Origin: Nanobdellota archaeon | GTDB taxonomy: Archaea > Nanobdellota > Nanobdellia > Woesearchaeales > SKGA01 | Length of the DNA: 49,003 nt | Direction of reading: 5' to 3' | Assembly (NCBI GenBank): GCA_051819745.1 | Contig: JBNJGO010000004.1 | Location: 1 to 49,003, forward strand | Part shown: positions 33,251-41,961 of the stretch, piece by piece | Numbering within the stretch: the stretch's first letter is position 1 | How the letters are laid out: the number at the start of each line of letters is the position of its first letter | Made by a program: the position numbers and the translations under genes | Notes under the pieces: generated by a model | Seen by the model: only the letters and a program-made list of their open reading frames with translations | What the model was told of the DNA's origin: nothing | Database searches by the model: none

Positions 33251-33842
33251 GTTTTGTTGAAATGAAGATGCTATTTTTATCAGAACCTTTATCAGCCCAT
33301 GCTTTCTCAAACAAATCTTTTGGAATTCTTTTGTTCGATTCTGGAGTACCAGCGCCAGTATTATGAACGACAACATGGTTATCATCATAACCAACAAGAG
33401 TGACAAAATGTCCTCCGAAGCCTTTTTTCCCTCGAATCAAATTCCAATTCAAAGTGACAATAACAAGAGTGTCTTGTGTTAGTTGAGTTAATAATTGTTG
33501 AAGAGAAATATCTTTTTTAACAACAACACCTAAGGAATCAAGTTCTTGAGATATTGTTTCAAATAATATTTTACCATCTTCATTTATCGTTCTTTTAAAA
33601 TAATCATTATAGGTGGTTGGTAAGGAATCATCTCGTGTAACATATAACACCCTCAAATTATTTTTTATTGCAGATAAACACAACCCTTTACAAAAAGTTA
33701 ATCCTGAAGAAAGTTGATGAGATTGTTGTTTAATGTCTTCTGGAGTTATATCAATACCAAAATAACGCAAAACAAGATAAAGACTTGTTGGACCACAAGT
33801 CACAGAAGGGGATTGTTTTTTGAAAGGGACATCGAGTTGCAT
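33225..33842 (-). CDS. Peptidase C39-like (papain-fold Cys protease) stand-alone domain protein
   Basis: 205 aa. Q..SVTCGPTSL contains the putative catalytic Cys, and GGHFVTLVGYDDNHVVVHN the putative His/Asn. Its 3' end overlaps the convergent SemiSWEET gene by 26 nt. Confidence 0.65.
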   Translation of the reverse strand: MQLDVPFKKQSPSVTCGPTSLYLVLRYFGIDITPEDIKQQSHQLSSGLTFCKGLCLSAIKNNLRVLYVTRDDSLPTTYNDYFKRTINEDGKILFETISQELDSLGVVVKKDISLQQLLTQLTQDTLVIVTLNWNLIRGKKGFGGHFVTLVGYDDNHVVVHNTGAGTPESNKRIPKDLFEKAWADKGSDKNSIFISTKPIDIIFLQ

Positions 33843-33919
33843 ATATTACTCATTAAAAAAGAGTTCTTTAAATAGATTTTGCAATAAACAACCAGAAAAC
33901 TACAATACATAAAAAAAAA

Positions 33920-36340
33920 TTACTCTGGTTGAATCCCGAGTTCTTTTTCCTTCTCTGCAATCTTAAATGTTGTTTTGATAACAGTGTCAGGATTCAAACT
34001 GATTGACTGGATACCGCATTCAACAAGGAAGGTTGCAAAATCCTCATAATCAGAAGGAGCTTGACCGCAAATACCAATATATTTTCCTTTACTATTAGCA
34101 GTTTCTATAACCCATTTAATAAGTCGTTTGACAGACTCGTTCCGTTCATCATAGAGATGGTTGACGATTTCACTATCCCTGTCAAGACCGAGCGTGAGTT
34201 GTGTCAAGTCGTTGCTTCCGATACTGAACCCGTCGAAGATGTCGAGGAATTCATCCGCTTGTATGACATTCGATGGTATCTCGCACATACCGATGATTCG
34301 AAGCCCGTTTTCTCCTTGCTTCAATCCGTTCTTAGCAAGCTCGTCAACGACATTTCTCGCTTCTTCCACTGTCCGGCAGAATGGTACCATGATCTCTAGG
34401 TTTTTCAATCCCATCTCTTCACGAACCTTTTTGATCGCACGGCATTCGAGTTCAAATCCTTCTCTATAATTTCCTTTGTAATATCTACTCGCTCCACGCC
34501 ATCCTATCATGGGATTGTCTTCTTTAGGTTCGAATTGTGTTCCGCCGATGAGATTCGCGTATTCGTTCGACTTGAAATCACTCAATCTGAGAATTACTTT
34601 CTTTGGATAAAAAGCCGATGTTAACATAGCAACACCATATGACAATTTATCAACAAAATACTGTGCTTTATCATCATAACCAGCAGTCAATTCAGCAATC
34701 TGTTTTTTAACAGATACATCCTCAATAGAATCATAATGAAGAAGTGCAAGAGGATGAATCTTAATATAACTGTTGACAATAAATTCTTCTCGAGCAAGAC
34801 CAACGCCTTTATTTGGAATAAAACTCGTCTCAAAAGCTTGAGAAGGATTAGCAAGATTCATCATAATTTTCGTTTTAGTTTGTGGAAGTTCATCAACCTT
34901 AGTCTTCTCAACCTCAAAATCAACTAAACTTTCATACACATAACCCGCATCACCTTGACTACAATCAACAGTAACATCTTGACCAGAGGTTAAACGTTCA
35001 GTACCATCATCAGTTCCAACAATACAAGGAATACCTAATTCTCGAGAAATAATAGCTGCGTGACAAGTTCTACCGCCCCGATTAGTGACAATAGCACTAG
35101 CAATTTTCATGATCGGCTCCCAATCAGGATCAGTCATTTCTGTTACAAGAACTTCTCCTTTTTCGAACTTATCTATGTCATGAACACTTTTTATAACATG
35201 AGCTCGACCACTACCTATTTTTTGGCCAACACTACGTCCTTCAACAAGCGCATTATCTGGAGAGTCGTTAAGATGATACGATTCCATGACAGACAAATCT
35301 TTTGTAGACTGGACAGTTTCAGGTCTTGCTTGGACGATAAAAAGTTCTCCTGAAATCCCATCTTTTGCCCATTCCATATCCATTGGTTTGAAATGGCCTG
35401 CGTGCTTGGAATAATGATCTTCAATGGTTTGAGCCCATTTGGCTAACGTCAATATTTCATCATCGGAAATGCAAAACTGTCTACGATGAGTGATATCTAC
35501 AGGAACATTCTTGGTTGTTTTATTTCCACCAACATCATAAATCATTCTTATTGACTTCGCACCAACTTTCTTAGAAATTATTGAGTTATAACCATCTCGA
35601 AGCGTTGGTTTGAACACATAAAACTCATCAGGATTAACAGCTCCTTGAACTACATTTTCGCCAAGACCATATGCTCCTGTGATAAAAATAGAATCTTTGA
35701 AACCAGTTTCAGTATCGATGGAAAACATAACACCACTTGATGCTTTGTCACTTCGGACCATTTTCTGAACACCAATAGAAAGGCCAATAGAAAAATGATC
35801 AAAATCCTTATCAACACGGTAACTAATAGCACGGTCAGTGAATAAACTAGCAAAACATTTTTTACAAGAAGAAATGAGTTCTTTAGGACCTTTGATGTTA
35901 AGATATGTTTCTTGTTGACCTGCAAAACTTGCGTCAGGAAGGTCTTCGGCAGTTGCACTGCTTCTGACAGCGACATCAGTGTGATCACCATATTGTTTAC
36001 AAATATGATCATAACTTTCAATTATAGAATCTCGAAGTTCGTCAGGAAATTCTGCTTCGCGAATCAGTTTTCTCACTTTTGCTCCTCGCTCGCGAAGATT
36101 TGAAAGATCAGACGTATCAAGATCAGAAAGGATTGATCGAATCTCATCTTTAATACCTGTCTTATCAATCAAGAAATAATATGCGTGAGCAGTTACTGCA
36201 AACCCATTTGGAACACTAACCCCTTTTTCAGTTAGATTTGAATACATCTCTCCCAGAGAAGCATTCTTTCCACCAACAAGGGAAACATCATCAATACCTA
36301 ACTGATCAAACCATAACACTAATTCATTACTCTTATCCAT
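33920..36340 (-). CDS. ppsA: Phosphoenolpyruvate synthase (pyruvate, water dikinase)
   Basis: 806 aa. It has an ATP-grasp N domain, a swivel phosphohistidine motif GGRTCHAAIISRELGIPCIVG, and a C-terminal PEP-utilising TIM barrel (GSNDLTQ). GAGGTG lies upstream. Confidence 0.95.
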   Translation of the reverse strand: MDKSNELVLWFDQLGIDDVSLVGGKNASLGEMYSNLTEKGVSVPNGFAVTAHAYYFLIDKTGIKDEIRSILSDLDTSDLSNLRERGAKVRKLIREAEFPDELRDSIIESYDHICKQYGDHTDVAVRSSATAEDLPDASFAGQQETYLNIKGPKELISSCKKCFASLFTDRAISYRVDKDFDHFSIGLSIGVQKMVRSDKASSGVMFSIDTETGFKDSIFITGAYGLGENVVQGAVNPDEFYVFKPTLRDGYNSIISKKVGAKSIRMIYDVGGNKTTKNVPVDITHRRQFCISDDEILTLAKWAQTIEDHYSKHAGHFKPMDMEWAKDGISGELFIVQARPETVQSTKDLSVMESYHLNDSPDNALVEGRSVGQKIGSGRAHVIKSVHDIDKFEKGEVLVTEMTDPDWEPIMKIASAIVTNRGGRTCHAAIISRELGIPCIVGTDDGTERLTSGQDVTVDCSQGDAGYVYESLVDFEVEKTKVDELPQTKTKIMMNLANPSQAFETSFIPNKGVGLAREEFIVNSYIKIHPLALLHYDSIEDVSVKKQIAELTAGYDDKAQYFVDKLSYGVAMLTSAFYPKKVILRLSDFKSNEYANLIGGTQFEPKEDNPMIGWRGASRYYKGNYREGFELECRAIKKVREEMGLKNLEIMVPFCRTVEEARNVVDELAKNGLKQGENGLRIIGMCEIPSNVIQADEFLDIFDGFSIGSNDLTQLTLGLDRDSEIVNHLYDERNESVKRLIKWVIETANSKGKYIGICGQAPSDYEDFATFLVECGIQSISLNPDTVIKTTFKIAEKEKELGIQPE

Positions 36341-36417
36341 ACAAACACCTCTTTTTTAACCGTGAACACAAAAAAAATAAAACGAAATAAAAAAAAATAA
36401 TTACCAACTATTAATTA

Positions 36418-37470
36418 TTATTTTTGAACATGTATTGTCTGCGTTGGAAATGCAAAAGACAAACCTTGTTTATCAAACTCTTTTTTAACAACCATATTGA
36501 CTTCGTCTTTTGTTCCGAGAATATCAGATAAATCCTTAATCCAATATATTACTTGAACGTCAAGAGTGGAAGAACCAAAATTAACAAAGTGAACCATGCT
36601 TTCATCATCAGTTTTCGAGTTTTTTACAATAATATTTTTAAGAATTTTTTTTGCTTTCTCAAGATCTTTGGCACTCGTACCATATTCTAGACCAACAACA
36701 AGTTTTTCACGACGCATATCTTCACGACTGACATTTTCAAGAACGGAATCTGCAATAGTCTTGTTTGGCATGACAACATGGGTCTTTCCAAACGTTTCAA
36801 GCGTTGTTGTCCGAAGACTTATTTTGCTGACAAAACCATCTTGACCAGCAACCTTGACCCGATCACCAACTTTGAAGGGTTTGTCCATGATAACAGCAGC
36901 TCCGCCAAACATATTGCCAATAATATCTTGAGCGGCAAGAGCAAACGCTAAACCACCAATACCAAGGCCGGCAACAACGCCTGTTACTTTCACACCAAGA
37001 TTTTGGAGGATGACGACAAGTGCGATTGCATAAACGAGAACATTAACCAAACGAATAAGGGTTTGATAAATCGTCTCATCTATCTTATACTTTGGACTTT
37101 CAGTCAATGGAGAAACATAATTCTTAATAAAACCATTTGATAAGCGAACGATAAACCAAGCACAATCAAAAATAATAAGCACTGTTATTATTTGAGTGTA
37201 AATCGAATCAACTTTAGATGATAACACCAGAAGTTGACGAGCATAATGAAATGAAACTATAACAACACCAAATACGATCGGCTTACGCAATGCTTTGATA
37301 AGAATGTCATCGAGTTGAGATTTTGTTTTTGAAGCCAGAGAAAGAAATATTTTTTCAAAAAGAAAATAAACAATTTTCACACCTACAAAGGATAAAATAA
37401 TAACACCTAAAAACAATAGGTATTGAATAATAGTATTTCCTGCAATAGTAAGTGATAACAGATCAGCCAT
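36418..37470 (-). CDS. Small-conductance mechanosensitive channel (MscS family)
   Basis: N-terminal TM helices, then GGLAFALAAQDIIGNMFGGAAVIMDKPFKVGDRVKV, which is the MscS core. The ATG is at 37470; the ORF starts at TTG 37479. Confidence 0.9.
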   Translation of the reverse strand: MADLLSLTIAGNTIIQYLLFLGVIILSFVGVKIVYFLFEKIFLSLASKTKSQLDDILIKALRKPIVFGVVIVSFHYARQLLVLSSKVDSIYTQIITVLIIFDCAWFIVRLSNGFIKNYVSPLTESPKYKIDETIYQTLIRLVNVLVYAIALVVILQNLGVKVTGVVAGLGIGGLAFALAAQDIIGNMFGGAAVIMDKPFKVGDRVKVAGQDGFVSKISLRTTTLETFGKTHVVMPNKTIADSVLENVSREDMRREKLVVGLEYGTSAKDLEKAKKILKNIIVKNSKTDDESMVHFVNFGSSTLDVQVIYWIKDLSDILGTKDEVNMVVKKEFDKQGLSFAFPTQTIHVQK

Positions 37471-37734
37471 GAGAATCAACTCGCAAATGATATAATAAAA
37501 ACTTGTTTATATATCTTTGCCTTGGTTGACATTGTCCAGAGAGAAAAACAATTATATGGTAAAAAAAATGAATGAGAATATGCAAAAAAAGTGGAATGAA
37601 AACACCTTGGTTGATGTGTTTTTGGAATGCTTGAAAAAATAATATTGCAAATGAACGTGAAGTAACATTCTGGACAGCACGCATTTAACATCATATATAA
37701 CAGAGATCACTAATTGCAAAACCACCTAAAAACA

Positions 37735-38703
37735 TTACTCATAAGAATACGACCCAGAAATAATTCGTTTGAATGTGTTTTGTGCATCTTTTCGAGACAT
37801 TGAGTTTAGAGAAGCAAATTCATTTTTATCAAAAGCAGAACGAGCATACGTATTGTTAATTAATTCGCTATTTGAAATGATAAGAGGAACATGTTGTTTT
37901 TTAACAGGTAAAAAATATTCGTCCAAATTATTATACTGACGACCAACAAGATAAGGAGAATTTTCGATCACAGAAATAAAAACATTATTATTCGCATCAA
38001 GTATTATTTCTCGATTAGAATCAAATAGATAACCACTTTCAGCAGGAATAATCAAAGAGCCTGTAGTCAAATCAACAGCAGAACCATTCATTTCAGGTAA
38101 ACGAGATTTTATTTTTTCAGGGATTTTTCGATTGTTCAACGATTTGAGCTTGAGAATACCAGTTTCAAGTTTGTGATAATCATCAAAAAATTGACCTAGC
38201 AAGTGACGATACAAGTCGGAAGTCATTGATTCAAGATTCAACGATTCAAAATAACTTATATTATTATAAAATCTGAAATCAGGATTGGGAAAAAAAGAAG
38301 CTTTATCAGCAAAATAACATAACTGCGCATCATCAGTCAAGCCCAATGTTCCGGACGAACCAGAAGGTAAAATGATTTTTTCTTTAATAGCGACAACTTT
38401 TTCTTCATTTTCAGACCATTCAGAAAATAAATTTTCGATGAGATCAACAATATCTTGATTTTTGTGATCAGTCATGAAATTTCCAACAAAAGACTTATAG
38501 AGTCGTGGAACCGCATGAGTCAACGAGAAAGGTTCGAAGTATTTCTTGTGACTGAACACCCTATAATCAACAATAGGACTATTTGGCAATCGTGCAGCTT
38601 TAGAATTTAATTTGTAAATATCACCTTGTAAGGTAACAAACAAATCTTTTCCTGCAAATGTCGCTTCACCAACAATATCCAACTGTTGCTTGTCTGAACC
38701 CAT
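37735..38703 (-). CDS. Hypothetical protein
   Basis: 322-aa ORF with an ATG start. No recognisable motifs and no TM segments. Confidence 0.6.
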   Translation of the reverse strand: MGSDKQQLDIVGEATFAGKDLFVTLQGDIYKLNSKAARLPNSPIVDYRVFSHKKYFEPFSLTHAVPRLYKSFVGNFMTDHKNQDIVDLIENLFSEWSENEEKVVAIKEKIILPSGSSGTLGLTDDAQLCYFADKASFFPNPDFRFYNNISYFESLNLESMTSDLYRHLLGQFFDDYHKLETGILKLKSLNNRKIPEKIKSRLPEMNGSAVDLTTGSLIIPAESGYLFDSNREIILDANNNVFISVIENSPYLVGRQYNNLDEYFLPVKKQHVPLIISNSELINNTYARSAFDKNEFASLNSMSRKDAQNTFKRIISGSYSYE

Positions 38704-38888
38704 AAAAAGTACCCTCTAACAGTGATAAGTTTTGTTTATAAAAACATATTGTTTCTTAAAAATATATTTTCTAACAGTAATACTGATGGAAATACTACAG
38801 TCGCATATGTCAATAATACTTTATCGCAAAACAGAATATCTGAAGAAAAAAGAAATGTTTAAAATAAACATTACAGTTCTTAGAATGT

Positions 38889-38947
38889 AAATCAATGATG
38901 AAGTTATTCCCGACTGACAGTATGATGAAACTATTACTCTGAGATTT
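38889..38947 (+). ncRNA. C/D box sRNA (2'-O-methylation guide)
   Basis: The architecture is complete. Terminal stem AAATC (38889-93) / GATTT (38943-47). C box ATGATGA (38895-901). 12-nt guide AGTTATTCCCGA. D' CTGA (38914-17). Loop CAGT. C' ATGATGA (38922-28). 10-nt guide AACTATTACT. D CTGA (38939-42). TTTAAAATAA at 38858-67 acts as a TATA box. Confidence 0.8.
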
Positions 38948-38978
38948 ACTTAACACCCTGCATTTTCCAATAACAGCT

Positions 38979-40178
38979 TCAAGGACGAATAATACCCTCA
39001 ACCTTCAAGGATTCTCGAACTAAAGCAATTGCTTTTTTCACATCACTTTCTAACGTTTTTGATCTTAAATGACATCTTGCGATCGCTTGAGATAAACGCA
39101 TCACACCATGAACTGTTCGAGGACCTATTTCTACAACAAAATTAGATTCTGATGATTTAAGCTCTCTAATAAAATCAGTCACTATTGATTCAAAAGAAGG
39201 GTCAAAGAAAACATCTTTTTCAAGAGCATAAGAAACATAACGCTTGATAAAATCAATATCTTCTTTACGTCTTTTTTTAGGTGCAGAATCAGTCACGATT
39301 TGTTTAGCAATAGAAGCTGTTTTTTCAACACCAGGTCTACGAATAATAAATACTAGATGAAATCGAGATAAAAGCGCACTATCAAAAGGAATTTGTTCTT
39401 TGAGAATCGAAAGACTTTTACCAACAAAACGATCAGCTTTAGGATTAGCAGTTGCTTGAATTGAGACTTCGGCAGGAATTTTTTCATGTTTTCCACCTTT
39501 ATCGTACGTGACAAAACCTTTTTCCATGGCAGAATATAATGCCGCCGTATCGCCTGATTTCATCAAATTAAGCTCGTCAATCGCACAAATACCTTTATGA
39601 GCTCGAGGAAGCAAACCTTTTTTCATCTCATCGCCTTTAAACATAACACTTAACCCTGCACCAGATGCTCCAGAACCTAAACCAAACACACCTATAGGAG
39701 CCAAATCGTGAGTACTCCGGATGATATCGGTCTTTCCAGTACCAGGATCACCCAATAAAAGCAAGTGAAATCTTTCTTTAGAGAATAATTGCAACATCGA
39801 AGCTATTTTAATAGCGTCAAACCCTAAAATATGAGGTGCGACAAATTCTTTTATTTTATTATATGCAACAGACGAAAAATCTTTGAAAGAAAATTCGAGT
39901 TCTTTATCTTTAATAATTGTATTTAGATCCTCAATTCGAGCTTTGATTGAAGTGTCAGCATGAAATGAAGTGAATTGAGATACTGAACGTTTTGAAGAAA
40001 GCGATTTCGAGATATTAAGAGGAGAATCAACAATACCAATTCGTTTTGCTTTCAAAAGAAATTTCAAATCTTTAATAGCATCAGCATCAAGAAAACCTTT
40101 GAGATACCCTAGTTTTTTCCTTTGATATTTTGAAAGAGGAAGTAATTGACGTAAAACATCCATAACAGTTCTATCCAT
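38979..40178 (-). CDS. MCM-family AAA+ ATPase core without the N-terminal OB/zinc-finger domain
   Basis: About 399 aa. VAPHILGFDAIKIASMLQLF; Walker A HLLLLGDPGTGKT; Walker B GICAIDELNLM; AALYSAMEKG.V.Y.KGG; ATANP; arginine-finger region ALLSRFHLVFII; lid RTVHGVMRLSQAIARCHL. The ATG at 40178 is preceded by AAGGT. The ORF starts at TTG 40187. Confidence 0.8.
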   Translation of the reverse strand: MDRTVMDVLRQLLPLSKYQRKKLGYLKGFLDADAIKDLKFLLKAKRIGIVDSPLNISKSLSSKRSVSQFTSFHADTSIKARIEDLNTIIKDKELEFSFKDFSSVAYNKIKEFVAPHILGFDAIKIASMLQLFSKERFHLLLLGDPGTGKTDIIRSTHDLAPIGVFGLGSGASGAGLSVMFKGDEMKKGLLPRAHKGICAIDELNLMKSGDTAALYSAMEKGFVTYDKGGKHEKIPAEVSIQATANPKADRFVGKSLSILKEQIPFDSALLSRFHLVFIIRRPGVEKTASIAKQIVTDSAPKKRRKEDIDFIKRYVSYALEKDVFFDPSFESIVTDFIRELKSSESNFVVEIGPRTVHGVMRLSQAIARCHLRSKTLESDVKKAIALVRESLKVEGIIRP

Positions 40179-40327
40179 AATAATCAAACCTTTGAAAAAA
40201 ACAATAGGACTAAGACATATATAAAAGTACCTATAAACCGATAAAAAATATTAAACTAAAAAAATAATTCAACAAACTCAAAGGACATCCAATAGCTTAA
40301 TAAAAGAAAGACCATTCTTTAGCACTT

Positions 40328-41530
40328 ATGGATTGTGCTCTACTATGTAATATGTCTGTGCCAGAGATTTGTGCAGAAGATATCAAGGAATTAGTAAATA
40401 AAGAATGCAGTATCAAACCAGGAGTTTGTATTGCTAAAGATGTAACTGTAAATGATATTGCAACGTTAACATATTTTTGCCAATCAACCTATAGGGTCGT
40501 ACCTCTATTTAGAACTATAACTACATCGGCCTTTTCACAAGAAAAGATTGATGTTGAAACATTAAAAAAGGACTTAAATGCAAACACTCAACCATTTAGC
40601 GCTATTGAAAAAGAACTAATTGAAAATAGCAAACATTTCGCGCTTCGAATAACAAAAAGAGTTAATACTACCACCACCTCACCTGAAATTGAAAGAACAG
40701 TAGGTGCATGGTATCAAGAAAAAGCAAAAGAAATCAAAGCATTGGATGTTAATTTGAATAAGCCAGATTTACCGATACATGGAATATTAACTGAAGATGA
40801 AATCTATATTGGTGTTGATGTGACTGGCGTTGACTTATCCAAAAGACCATATAAAATCCTCCCATATAAAACTTCAATTAATGGAGTTATTGCATATACT
40901 ATTGCAAAACTTTCAGGATTGAAAAAAAACCATACAATTCTCGATCCATTTTGTGGTAGTGGAACAATTATTATTGAAGCCGCACTCTATCAACAGGGAA
41001 TATCTCCCTTTGCTTTAAACCAAACATTTACTGGATCAACGCTAAAACCATTCAAACAAGCGTTTCAAACAGTAAAAAGAACAACAGGATCAACAACAAA
41101 AGAAACTTCAGCACAAATAACCGGATACGACACTCAATTTAATATTATGAATCAAGCGAGAAAACATGCTAAACTCGCAAGAGTTAAAGAACACACAACA
41201 ATATCAAAAGTTGATGTTGATTGGATAGATATGAAATTCGATAAAGATTCTATTGATCTGATTATTACAAATCCCCCTCAAGTGAGTAAGAAATTGCATA
41301 ATGAAAAAGAAATAGCAAAAATATACGATGAATTCTGTTACCAAATACACCACTTACTAAAACCAGAAGGACAATCAGGAGTGTTATTAAAACACACTTC
41401 ATTATTCGAAGACAGTTGCACTAGACACGATTTGCAAATCATCAAAAAACAACCCATCCTCAACGGTGATGAAACATTAAATTTACTTCTTCTAAAAAAA
41501 AATACGAAACAACCTAAAGAATGGATCTAG
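40328..41530 (+). CDS. THUMP-domain RNA methyltransferase (Trm14/RlmL-like, SAM-dependent)
   Basis: 400 aa. It has an N-terminal THUMP-like region, SAM motif I DPFCGSGTIIIEAAL, and catalytic motif IITNPP. Confidence 0.85.
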   Translation: MDCALLCNMSVPEICAEDIKELVNKECSIKPGVCIAKDVTVNDIATLTYFCQSTYRVVPLFRTITTSAFSQEKIDVETLKKDLNANTQPFSAIEKELIENSKHFALRITKRVNTTTTSPEIERTVGAWYQEKAKEIKALDVNLNKPDLPIHGILTEDEIYIGVDVTGVDLSKRPYKILPYKTSINGVIAYTIAKLSGLKKNHTILDPFCGSGTIIIEAALYQQGISPFALNQTFTGSTLKPFKQAFQTVKRTTGSTTKETSAQITGYDTQFNIMNQARKHAKLARVKEHTTISKVDVDWIDMKFDKDSIDLIITNPPQVSKKLHNEKEIAKIYDEFCYQIHHLLKPEGQSGVLLKHTSLFEDSCTRHDLQIIKKQPILNGDETLNLLLLKKNTKQPKEWI

Positions 41531-41581
41531 AAAAGAAAAACAAATACAATACCAACACATCCAGTATCACAGATTACTAGA

Positions 41582-41890
41582 TTATTTTTTCGATGACTTT
41601 TTTGGAAAAAACTTGTTTAGAAATGATTTTGATGCCAAAGATGATTTTTTAGAAGAGGTTTTTTTAGAAGGAAAAGATTGAAATAAATGTGTTCTATCAA
41701 CAATCAATTCGCCAATAACAGCAAAAGGTATTGCAACGAGTGCAACAACAAAAACAACATTCCACGTAATGGGTTCGCCAGAAGCTATCTTTACTGCAAT
41801 CAAATCTTCAATCAAACCCATGAGCAGACCAAATATTAAAAATTCTAGAAATAATTCTAATCGTTTTCTTTTCATTACAGCGAATTGCAT
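41582..41890 (-). CDS. Hypothetical small membrane protein
   Basis: 102 aa, with 2-3 TM helices and a Lys/Ser-rich tail. No family recognised. Confidence 0.5.
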   Translation of the reverse strand: MQFAVMKRKRLELFLEFLIFGLLMGLIEDLIAVKIASGEPITWNVVFVVALVAIPFAVIGELIVDRTHLFQSFPSKKTSSKKSSLASKSFLNKFFPKKSSKK

Positions 41891-41961
41891 ATTAAAAGTA
41901 TTAAAATCTTTCTATTTTATCACCACTAACACTAAATAATATCAAAACCAACATAATAACA

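Noticed and set aside
37533-37676. An 8-bp inverted repeat (TGTCCAGA / TCTGGACA) lies about 128 nt apart in the MscS upstream region. I considered it as the closing stem of a ~145-nt RNA.
   Set aside because: The interior is A-rich with no further helices that I could draw. There is no promoter/terminator pairing, and a single 8-bp match in a 255-nt AT-rich spacer is weak evidence.
38810-39001. The 63-aa ORF (TTG start) between the MCM-like gene and the 322-aa gene.
   Set aside because: It overlaps the C/D box sRNA on the opposite strand and the MCM stop. The translation is implausible and it uses an alternative start codon.
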